From: Pseudomonas phage pPa_SNUABM_DT01
Sequence record: MW735835.1
Reading direction: 5' to 3' (one strand)
Length of the DNA: 64,000 nucleotides
The stretch's first letter is position 1, and the number at the start of each line of letters is the position of its first letter. Below the pieces are notes generated by a model. The model had not been told where the DNA came from. It did not search any database and saw nothing but the letters and a program-made list of their open reading frames with translations. The position numbers and the translations under genes are program-made. Positions 57,210 through 64,000 of this stretch are shown here, piece by piece.

Positions 57210-57787
57210 CCCTCGCAGTCTGGCTCGACGACGAAGTCGGCCTTCAAGCCCAGGCCAACCCGATGGAAGGTGTGTACTTCCGCCTACCGGAAGACAACTT
57301 CGATCGTTGCTTCTCCAAGTATGGTTTCGTCTACTCCCTCAAGGAGTTCGAGATCAACTACCCGGCCGTGGTGGAAAATCGCCTCCCGCCAATCCCACGC
57401 CACATCAACAATGCGTCCAGTCAGCTGGTCTACATGCTGATCGATCATTATGGAGAAGTCTGGCAGATCGACTATTGGTCTGATCGCGAAGGCCGCGTCA
57501 ATGCTCCTCAAATGTCCATCTTCTCCATGCCGGCCGGAAAGGTGAAGACCCTGGTAGCGTGCACGGATGAAGGCGATTTGGAGTTGCTCACTGGTTTCGT
57601 CATGGCCAACCGAAACAAAGACGAAATCAACCAGTTCATCTTCGATAAGAAGCTCGGTCACGGCAAACGCCTTACGTGGCTGAGCAAAAAGGACATCGTC
57701 GAACGTCTCAATAAGGAGTTCCCGCTTGAGAAAGATCCCGGTGAAAGTAATCCCTTCGCCCAAGCCATCGCCACCCCCTCGCCCTAA
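57206..57787 (+). CDS. hypothetical protein (193 aa)
   Basis: ORF overlapping the upstream stop (ATGA). Confidence 0.5.
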   Translation: MTLAVWLDDEVGLQAQANPMEGVYFRLPEDNFDRCFSKYGFVYSLKEFEINYPAVVENRLPPIPRHINNASSQLVYMLIDHYGEVWQIDYWSDREGRVNAPQMSIFSMPAGKVKTLVACTDEGDLELLTGFVMANRNKDEINQFIFDKKLGHGKRLTWLSKKDIVERLNKEFPLEKDPGESNPFAQAIATPSP

Positions 57788-58799
57788 CGCGGTGGTAACC
57801 TTCTCTCCAGAAGGCAAGATCGTGCTCGGACCTGGGCCTATTGGTGGCCCGGGTAAATAAATACGATCCGACCAAAGATCTATGTAGTAGCACTGTGACA
57901 TCATCCCAAGATCACAAGGAACCCAATGCTGCTGAGCCCGGTCATTGGTCTCCTGTGCCGCCCTAACGTCCTATCCTTCGCCTGGAAGGCGCTGATCAAG
58001 GCCGTGGCTTTCGAGCCGCCGCCTACCGAACCCAGCTGGACGCGGCCGCACCCTAAGGAGACCGCCTCTTCGCGGTCCGAGCATTCTGGTCCCTGCCTCA
58101 CGGATAAGGCCCGTGGCATGGTGGCGACCGAACGCTTAGACCTAATGTACATCTGCTGAAGCGAACGCTTAAAACTATCGCCTCTAAGGAGAGCTTGCGA
58201 TCAAAACCCTCAGCGTTGCCACTATGGCGATGCTAACCCTGCTCGTCGCCACCGTCGCTAACGCGGCACCCGTAGTCGGGAGCCCAGGCAAACGGAAGGA
58301 CGCGGTCGAGATGCCGGATAGGACCCTCACCCAGGACTCGACACCTGGTCTATCGAGGGCAGTCCCTACTGTGGACTGCTTTGGGTACGAGGCTCCTCTG
58401 ACAGCGGCTCACGACTGGCGTGATTCGACACTGGAGCGGGGTAGCTACGTTGTAGTGCCCGAGAGGACTGTCAAGCGCGTGCTTCCGGTGCACGGCAGCC
58501 TGACAGTATCGGGAAATACAATTTAAGTACCGATACTGATTCGATTAAGTTCGAAGATGATGAGGGGGCAGTGGTCCTCCGTCCTTAGCAGTTAGGCCAC
58601 CCAAGTATAACGGGACAGGGCGATTGCCCGACGACACCTGTTGAACGGCTCGAGCCTGGTGCGGGACAAACGTGGTAAAGGTTACGGGGCGTCGTTAGTT
58701 TGTAGTTCCTATGGCGGGGTTGATCTCCCAGCTGAGGTGCTGCCAAACGACGGCCCCTAGACTTCTCTTTATTTTTTGTTTTGCCGGGATACCAATCCT

Positions 58800-59138
58800 A
58801 TGGTTACTAATCCCGAGACTTTTATCATGTCCCTGACCCCTCTGGTACAAGTCACCACCTCGTTTGCCAACAGCTCCTCTCCGGGGTCGTTGGATAACCG
58901 TGAGCGGTGGCAGGCTGCGCGAATTACCGCAAGCCACATCAACACCTTCCTCGTTCTCATGACCCGTTGCCCGAAAGAAGCGTTCTCGGGTGAAGAGTTC
59001 GAGTCTGCCAAGCACTTGATGACCACGTTCCAGGCGGCCTGTGGTATATTCATCGATGGTCTACATACTGCGACCACCGTAGAGCAATTATTGGAGATCA
59101 ACCAGGAATTCTACTCCATGTGCTGCGCTAAAGGATAA
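58800..59138 (+). CDS. hypothetical protein (about 112 aa; start uncertain, alternatives 58776 and 58827)
   Basis: First convincing ORF after the low-coding 57.8-58.8 kb region. No clear RBS. Confidence 0.3.
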   Translation: MVTNPETFIMSLTPLVQVTTSFANSSSPGSLDNRERWQAARITASHINTFLVLMTRCPKEAFSGEEFESAKHLMTTFQAACGIFIDGLHTATTVEQLLEINQEFYSMCCAKG

Positions 59139-59143
59139 ACACC

Positions 59144-59794
59144 ATGACCATTAGAACGCTGCTGTGCGCTGGCGCACAGACCAATAAAACCTACTTGCCA
59201 GGACCCCAGAACCTCGCGTTTGGCACAATGGAAGACCGTGGGTATTTCGGCGAGGTGAGTAGTGCTGACCTCGCTACCAGCGCCGAGCTGGCCACTTTGG
59301 TTGATTTGGATTCGATCGGCACGATAATGAATCCGGCAGCCAGCTGGTTGAAATTCGCTCACAAAGGCAAGGTCCTCTATATTGCCAAACAGCCCCTGCG
59401 CCGGGGCTTGACGATCGCTCAGTATAGCGCCCGTGGTCTGATATATGGTCGTGATGTCACCATTAAAGACATTCCGTTTAAGGTCAGGTTCATGACCGGG
59501 GGTGACGCCGATCCCGCTACCGTCGGCGGTGGTGAATGGAACGACCTCATGTACCCGGTATGTTCAGCCAGGCCAGCGGGACAACCAATATGGGCCAACT
59601 TCTCCGAAGCTACCCTCATGGTCAATAACGCTGATGTGGGCCGGGCTACTTTCTGTCAAGAATTACGATCAGGGTCTACATTCCACATCTACCGTGGTTA
59701 CACGTCACTGCAAACTTTTGCAGCAGCAGTAGCTAACTCCGACATGAACAACTACGGTTGGCGTCCTGTCCTTGAGTACACCGGTTCTCTCTGA
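59144..59794 (+). CDS. hypothetical protein (216 aa)
   Basis: aaggataaacaccATG. Terminator at 59800-59831. Confidence 0.5.
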   Translation: MTIRTLLCAGAQTNKTYLPGPQNLAFGTMEDRGYFGEVSSADLATSAELATLVDLDSIGTIMNPAASWLKFAHKGKVLYIAKQPLRRGLTIAQYSARGLIYGRDVTIKDIPFKVRFMTGGDADPATVGGGEWNDLMYPVCSARPAGQPIWANFSEATLMVNNADVGRATFCQELRSGSTFHIYRGYTSLQTFAAAVANSDMNNYGWRPVLEYTGSL

Positions 59795-59799
59795 TGCGT

Positions 59800-59831
59800 C
59801 ATACAGGGCAGGCCTAGGCCTGCCCTGTATG
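59800..59831 (+). terminator. hairpin CATACAGGGCAGGCC-TA-GGCCTGCCCTGTATG
   Basis: 15-bp stem after the stop of 59144-59794. Immediately followed by the 48-nt repeat. Confidence 0.5.
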
Positions 59832-59875
59832 CCGATTTGATTGAAACTTTTTTCAACGATACATGATAGCGGTGA
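59828..59875 (+). repeat. 48-nt exact repeat copy A (TATGCCGATTTGATTGAAACTTTTTTCAACGATACATGATAGCGGTGA) containing dyad motif copy 4
   Basis: Identical 48-mer at 63553-63600. Motif ends 35 nt upstream of the ATG of 59910-60632. Confidence 0.7.
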
Positions 59876-59909
59876 ATAACCCCCGCAATAATCTAATGGA
59901 GATTGAACT

Positions 59910-60632
59910 ATGAACGCTACTAAAACTGCTCTGATCGCTGGCGCCGGTGTCCTGGGTGTGGCTGCTGTTGCTGGTCTCGGCTGGCGCTGCCTGAAGTCCC
60001 GCAATAAAGCCAAGGCTGTCGAGCCGGTAGCTGCTGTTCCGGTGGTACCGCCGGTGACCAAGAAGCCGGAGACTGTGGAGGTGAAAGAACTCTCCACCCT
60101 GTCGCTGCGCAAGGCTGGCGATCCTGTCCTGTCGGCAGTCGCTGACATGATGGACAACAACTGGAACCTGGGTAATCACCCGGTGACAGAAGAAGCTGTT
60201 GTTGAAGAGGTCGTGACCGAGGCTGTTGTTGCTCCCAACGACAAGGTCGAAGAAATCCAGGATGGCGAAGGTCAACCGCTCGTCTCGGTCTCCCGTGTCC
60301 GCGTCCCGGACCAATCGACTGAAGCCGAACCGGACATGACCCCAGTCTTCTGGAAGAACTTCCTGGCCAACATCAAGCGCCCTGACGTGATCGCTGTCGA
60401 GTCCAAGTCGGACTTTGCAGTGCACGATACTAAGCGTGCCAAGGGCTTCCATCGCTGCACCCTGGATGGCGTGGAGGGTGTCCTCCACGTCACCAAGTCC
60501 CACACCACTGCTCTGATTCATCTCGGTGGTACGGAGTTCAGTGGTATCAGCACCAGCTCCTCGCGCTTCCAAGGCAAGGGCCTGCGCAACCTGAACGCCG
60601 ATCAAGCCAAGAACTTCTTGGCCGGTCGGTAA
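59910..60632 (+). CDS. membrane-anchored protein (240 aa)
   Basis: N-terminal TM ALIAGAGVLGVAAVAGLGW. Pro/Val/Glu-rich linker. Preceded by dyad motif 59852-59875. Confidence 0.5.
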   Translation: MNATKTALIAGAGVLGVAAVAGLGWRCLKSRNKAKAVEPVAAVPVVPPVTKKPETVEVKELSTLSLRKAGDPVLSAVADMMDNNWNLGNHPVTEEAVVEEVVTEAVVAPNDKVEEIQDGEGQPLVSVSRVRVPDQSTEAEPDMTPVFWKNFLANIKRPDVIAVESKSDFAVHDTKRAKGFHRCTLDGVEGVLHVTKSHTTALIHLGGTEFSGISTSSSRFQGKGLRNLNADQAKNFLAGR

Positions 60633-60641
60633 GACAGCATA

Positions 60642-60680
60642 AGAGGAGGCCTTCGGGCCTCCTCTAGCTTTTCTTTTTTG
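60642..60680. terminator. bidirectional intrinsic terminator AGAGGAGGCC-TTCG-GGCCTCCTCT + AGCTTTTCTTTTTTG
   Basis: Sits between the convergent genes 59910-60632 (+) and 60684-61151 (-). Confidence 0.65.
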
Positions 60681-60683
60681 ACC

Positions 60684-61151
60684 TTACCAGTTCAGCGCAG
60701 CACGATCCGAGGTGATGGTCAACTTCTTCCGAGCCAGCCAAGCCTTCAGGTCCACTTCGGTGCACGAGTCAATCATGCTTGCCGAGATGGTCTCCTTGGT
60801 TTTGTACTCGTTGAGGATACCGTTGTAGAGGTTGTCCACTTTGACCCACAGTGCTCGGTCCCAGTCAATCTTGTACAGGTACACCTGGAGTTTCTCCAGT
60901 TCCTGCTTGCTGGGTACCTTACCCTCGAAGCAAAGCATGATGTCGTTGCCAGCGGATTTGAAGCGGTTCAGCTTGTAGTGTTTCTCCACCACGGAAGCGA
61001 AGCCCTGGGCAATGGCTTCTTCCAGCAGAGTGGTCGCGTACAGCCACTCATTGGACTCCGTGGTGTCCCACTCGACCTTGATCCCAGTGTAGGCGATACC
61101 TGGCTTGAGTTCGGGTTGACGGTAGCCCGATCCGTGGTAAAGGTGCGGCAT
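60684..61151 (-). CDS. minus-strand hypothetical protein (155 aa) with a possible PARP-like (H-Y-E) ADP-ribosyltransferase signature
   Basis: Only credible minus-strand gene. Its RBS is gggga. It converges on the bidirectional hairpin at 60642-60665. LYHGSGY..GIKVEW resembles the PARP/DarT-type NAD-binding H-G-S motif. LNEYKTK, about 108 aa downstream, resembles the catalytic Y-N-E-Y segment. The assignment is tentative. Confidence 0.4.
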   Translation of the reverse strand: MPHLYHGSGYRQPELKPGIAYTGIKVEWDTTESNEWLYATTLLEEAIAQGFASVVEKHYKLNRFKSAGNDIMLCFEGKVPSKQELEKLQVYLYKIDWDRALWVKVDNLYNGILNEYKTKETISASMIDSCTEVDLKAWLARKKLTITSDRAALNW

Positions 61152-61213
61152 GATGATCCCCGTTATTTAGAAAGGAGAGGCCTCATAGTGTAGAACTTTA
61201 CAAGGCCTACTCC

Positions 61214-61756
61214 ATGAAAAAGTTGTTGGTTTTCCGAGAGGGGGTACACCCCGATCCTCGAGAGCTTGACGACTTCCTATACGATAGCGAGCTATTCCGA
61301 AGTGACTTCCTTGACCTTTCCCCTGAGGAGAAGTTCGAGCACTACTCGGATAACCTGTCGCTACACACATCGACATGGGAAGTCGTCTTCAAGGATGACG
61401 ACAAGTACGACTTTTGGCACTTCCTCTGCGTGGGCTCTGACACTTACGCCTTCGATGAGCCTGCATTCATCGCGACGTTCGATTTCTTTCCTAAAGAATT
61501 GATCAACGTCCGCTGCTGCAACTGCCGTGCCGTGTTCCACAAAGACAATTACATGGTGGTGATCTACCGCCTTCCGAAAGCAGTGTCGCATCTGGTCGAT
61601 CTGCACCTCAAATATCGACTGGAAAGCTTCAAAGATGGAAAGTACCACTATGATCTACCTAAGGATGACCTGGGATCTGTTAATGTACAAATGGAGGAAG
61701 CGGAAGTTTCTGAAGGAGACGAAACAAGCAATCCTAAACACCGTACTCGATCCTGA
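61214..61756 (+). CDS. hypothetical protein (180 aa) with acidic C-terminus
   Basis: ORF diverging from the minus-strand gene across a 62-nt intergenic region. Confidence 0.45.
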   Translation: MKKLLVFREGVHPDPRELDDFLYDSELFRSDFLDLSPEEKFEHYSDNLSLHTSTWEVVFKDDDKYDFWHFLCVGSDTYAFDEPAFIATFDFFPKELINVRCCNCRAVFHKDNYMVVIYRLPKAVSHLVDLHLKYRLESFKDGKYHYDLPKDDLGSVNVQMEEAEVSEGDETSNPKHRTRS

Positions 61757-62198
61757 CACCTTTTACGTTTACTTGGCCATTCGAGCTGGCGGTAATAAGG
61801 AATACGCCTACCAGAACCTGGTGCAGTCGGTCTACGCGATGATCTATAGCATCTACCGCGAGAAAGGCCTCCAGAAGGAGTTCTACACGTCTTTGATGCC
61901 CAAGCACATAGACGAGTGGGCTAAGACGTTGGAGTACCGTGGAGCGCTTGCTACGGCGGCTAACGCGACGAAGTGTGTCTTTGCTCAACCTGGGGTCACC
62001 GAAGGTCGTCGGATGTACTTCCTGCTGGGTGATTTGGTCTACAACCGCCTGAGTGAAGATGAACACCTTAGGCTGGAATTGTCGGAGATGATGTTTGACC
62101 TGATTGCAGATCAAGCCGAGCCAAGCATCAAGCCTGTGGTGTTCGCCGATGGCGATCGGATCGTCAATCTGTTCACATTGCGCTTCGAAAATACTTGA
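61683..62198 (+). CDS. hypothetical protein (171 aa), overlaps the upstream gene by 74 nt in the +1 frame
   Basis: Internal ATG of tracked ORF 61635-62198. Either a real overlap or an unrecognised frameshift. Confidence 0.35.
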   Translation: MYKWRKRKFLKETKQAILNTVLDPDTFYVYLAIRAGGNKEYAYQNLVQSVYAMIYSIYREKGLQKEFYTSLMPKHIDEWAKTLEYRGALATAANATKCVFAQPGVTEGRRMYFLLGDLVYNRLSEDEHLRLELSEMMFDLIADQAEPSIKPVVFADGDRIVNLFTLRFENT

Positions 62199-62253
62199 TA
62201 GTATGAGGTTGATCAAAAATCAGCCAACACTAGACACTATCAAGGACGCCATC

Positions 62254-62661
62254 ATGCCCGTCAAGAAAAGCATCGCTGCTGAAGTTAAGCCTGCCGCCAA
62301 ACCCGCTGTCAAGAAACCTGCCGTGAAGAAGCCCGCCGCCAAGAAGCCGGCTGCAAAGCCTGCTGCCAAGGCTCCGGTAGCCTCGATCAAGGTGCCGGCC
62401 AAGGTCGCTGCCGCTGCTGCCAAACCGGCAACCAAGAAGGCCGCCACCAAGCGCAAGCCGGTCGATCAGATCCCCGCTGCCCTGAAGGAAATCCTGGCTT
62501 CCTTCAAGACCGGTGGCCTGAGCCGTACCGAGTCCCTCGGCGGTAAGGTCAGCAAGGCCCAGAAAGAAGCGCTGGCACGCGTTGCCAAGAAATACGACAT
62601 CACCCCGTCGGAACTGGTTGCCGCTCTGGTGATCAACTTCCTGAGCGTCGCTGACGTCTAA
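62254..62661 (+). CDS. histone H1-like / AlgP-like lysine-alanine-proline repeat DNA-binding protein (135 aa)
   Basis: aagga RBS. KPAAKPAVKKPAVKKPAAKKPAAKPAAKAP repeats typical of bacterial H1-like nucleoid proteins. Terminator at 62677-62698. Confidence 0.55.
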   Translation: MPVKKSIAAEVKPAAKPAVKKPAVKKPAAKKPAAKPAAKAPVASIKVPAKVAAAAAKPATKKAATKRKPVDQIPAALKEILASFKTGGLSRTESLGGKVSKAQKEALARVAKKYDITPSELVAALVINFLSVADV

Positions 62662-62676
62662 GGCGTCCATCGCACT

Positions 62677-62698
62677 GAGGAGGGCTTCGGTCCTCCTC
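62677..62698 (+). terminator. hairpin GAGGAGGGC-TTCG-GTCCTCCTC
   Basis: After the stop of H1-like gene 62254-62661. Confidence 0.5.
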
Positions 62699-62740
62699 TT
62701 TGCCGCATGCTATGAGTCTAGCCCTTATGAGGATTATGCA

Positions 62741-63247
62741 ATGGGTAAAGTATTCACCGGTACTGTGCTGAAGTACGGCCTCCTTGCCCTGGTGCTCCTT
62801 GGCGGTTTGTACTACTGGATTGACTGGTCGTTGGATAAAGTCACTGAAGTGGCTAACCAGAAGACCACCATCGAAGAACGTGACAAGACCATCACTGATC
62901 TGCGTCAACAGATCACCGATTACGTCACTGGCAAACAACATACTGACAATGGTTACGCCGATATCGAACAGGATCAGGTGGACCTACTCTGTGCGGCCCG
63001 TTACAAGGCGCCACCGCCTGTCGCCCCTGTTGCACCCAAACCCGAAATCGTCGAGGTGGTGAAATGGCGCGATCGGACCACCCAATGTCCCACCACCGAT
63101 CCTGAGAAGGCCGAGCCGTTCGATCCGAACACCAGTGAGCTGCGACCTGTCAACGAAGAGATTGCCTTGCAATCGCTCAATAACACCTGGAAGGCGTACT
63201 GCCTTGCAGTCAACAACAAGGAGGAGATATGTGCTCCATTCCGTTGA
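62741..63247 (+). CDS. i-spanin (Rz-like), 168 aa
   Basis: N-terminal TM (LLALVLLGGLYYWIDW), charged coiled-coil, Pro-rich linker. The o-spanin ORF overlaps its 3' end. Confidence 0.5.
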   Translation: MGKVFTGTVLKYGLLALVLLGGLYYWIDWSLDKVTEVANQKTTIEERDKTITDLRQQITDYVTGKQHTDNGYADIEQDQVDLLCAARYKAPPPVAPVAPKPEIVEVVKWRDRTTQCPTTDPEKAEPFDPNTSELRPVNEEIALQSLNNTWKAYCLAVNNKEEICAPFR

Positions 63248-63522
63248 CGGGCCGGCCTAAGGTCCCGCCACCCAGTGGCCTGCTGCTGTTGGCTGTGCTA
63301 CTGGTGCTGCCCTTCCTGCACGGGTGCGGCAATAACCAGTACAAAGCTGTCCCGGAGTGTGCCATCACTACTCCGCCTGATGTCAAGCGTTTCGCTCAGG
63401 GTAACCCTGACGAGCGTCTGGTCCTGATGTCCAACGCGTACATCTCCCAGACCAAGAACGTCAACGATTGCAACGCCAAGATCCGTTTGGTGAACGCATC
63501 GAACAAAGCCGTGGACAACTGA
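63229..63522 (+). CDS. o-spanin (Rz1-like) outer-membrane lipoprotein, 97 aa
   Basis: Starts inside the i-spanin end in another frame. Signal with lipobox LLVLPFLHGCGNN. Pro-rich. Terminator at 63529-63555. Confidence 0.4.
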   Translation: MCSIPLTGRPKVPPPSGLLLLAVLLVLPFLHGCGNNQYKAVPECAITTPPDVKRFAQGNPDERLVLMSNAYISQTKNVNDCNAKIRLVNASNKAVDN

Positions 63523-63528
63523 ATAATT

Positions 63529-63555
63529 GGCGAGGGCAAATGCCCTCGCCTTTAT
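63529..63555 (+). terminator. intrinsic terminator GGCGAGGGC-AAAT-GCCCTCGCC + TTTATG
   Basis: After the o-spanin stop. Followed by the 48-nt repeat. Confidence 0.55.
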
Positions 63556-63600
63556 GCCGATTTGATTGAAACTTTTTTCAACGATACATGATAGCGGTGA
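63553..63600 (+). repeat. 48-nt exact repeat copy B containing dyad motif copy 5
   Basis: Identical to 59828-59875. 33 nt upstream of the ATG at 63634. Confidence 0.7.
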
Positions 63601-63633
63601 TCTACCATAACCTAGTCGTCGGAGACTATCATC

Positions 63634-63762
63634 ATGATCTTTCAAATCATCAATCTGCTGTCCGCTGTCAGCGTCATCAGTATCAACTGCCCGTTCGCGG
63701 ATAAAGCAGTCATCACTGAAGTCTTCAAATTCGCCAAGCGCATCATCAGCGCTGTAATCTGA
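63634..63762 (+). CDS. small hydrophobic protein (42 aa), holin/antiholin-like candidate
   Basis: ggaga RBS. Preceded by dyad motif 63577-63600. Not in the ORF track (below 60 aa). Confidence 0.3.
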   Translation: MIFQIINLLSAVSVISINCPFADKAVITEVFKFAKRIISAVI

Positions 63763-63772
63763 GGACATCGCC

Positions 63773-63937
63773 ATGAGCCTTCAAAACGCTGTCATCAGTG
63801 TCGCCATCGTGGGTAGTGGAGTCGGGGTGTACTACCTCGCCAAACACTACATTCAAAAGAAGAAAGAAGCTGAGGCCCGAGAGGTCGTCAGCAAACTGAT
63901 CGCCGATGTACCGGAGATCATCAAACCTTCCCGCTAA
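63773..63937 (+). CDS. small TM protein (54 aa)
   Basis: gagga RBS 7 nt upstream. TM helix AVISVAIVGSGVGVYYLA then basic tail. Confidence 0.3.
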   Translation: MSLQNAVISVAIVGSGVGVYYLAKHYIQKKKEAEAREVVSKLIADVPEIIKPSR

Positions 63938-63971
63938 ACGTGCACTTACCCTAGATCTAAGGAGATCTAAA

Positions 63972-64000
63972 ATGTCTTACCTTGATTCTGTTGTGTCGGT
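63972..64000 (+). CDS. 5' end of a gene truncated by the window end
   Basis: aaggag RBS then ATGTCTTACCTTGAT... Confidence 0.3.

Noticed and set aside
58430-58760. Possible tmRNA or tRNA-like element (GGGG... start, GATTCGA-like segments, GGGGTTGATCTCCC T-arm-like hairpin)
   Set aside because: No acceptor/T-arm pairing or tag-peptide reading frame (ANDENYALAA-like) could be built by eye. No canonical GGTTCGAATCC. Left as an unexplained structured region, not called as an RNA gene.
57788-58825. Group I intron hypothesis for the low-coding region
   Set aside because: Flanking ORFs are not halves of a split gene, and conserved P7/P3 core sequences were not recognisable.
1-64000. CRISPR arrays, integrase/transposase genes, tRNA genes
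   Set aside because: No regularly spaced direct repeats. No tyrosine/serine recombinase or DDE signatures. No cloverleaf-compatible sequences found in intergenic gaps. The region looks like lytic-phage core and accessory genes, not an integrative element.

Overview
The window is a densely coded, almost entirely plus-strand region of a large tailed dsDNA phage (about 57-58% GC, Pseudomonas-like). Genes are tightly packed or overlapping. About 20 GC-rich hairpin terminators with UUCG loops follow gene ends.

Recognisable modules:
- (i) About 6 kb of large unknown, possibly virion, proteins.
- (ii) A nucleotide-metabolism and host-takeover region: a macro-domain protein, a SLOG/DprA-like Rossmann protein, thymidylate kinase, thymidylate synthase with a large insertion, DHFR, NAD-dependent DNA ligase, NUDIX hydrolase, a class II CCA-adding enzyme flanked by a nucleotidyltransferase-like and an HD phosphohydrolase gene.
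- (iii) A tail-fibre module: Phage_fiber_2-like repeat fibre, an 896-aa fibre or tailspike, a tail-collar protein, LamG and DUF1353-like proteins, and tandem paralogs.
- (iv) Two SspB-like (ClpX adaptor) paralogs, an HslV-like Ntn-hydrolase next to an AAA+ ATPase, a GIY-YIG protein and a homing-endonuclease-like gene.
- (v) A lone minus-strand gene with a PARP-like HGS...NEY signature in a divergent arrangement.
- (vi) A histone-H1-like KPAA-repeat protein, Rz/Rz1-like spanins and small TM proteins at the 3' end.

A 24-nt dyad-symmetric motif (5 copies) and sigma70-like TTGnnn-N17/18-TACATT promoters sit in intergenic regions. About 1 kb (57.8-58.8 kb) has poor coding signal. No tRNAs, CRISPR, integrase or transposase were seen.

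The most novel-looking content is the phage-encoded proteolysis-hijack set (2x SspB-like, HslV-like, AAA+) and the ADP-ribose/NAD-linked set (macro + SLOG, and a distant ART-like gene).
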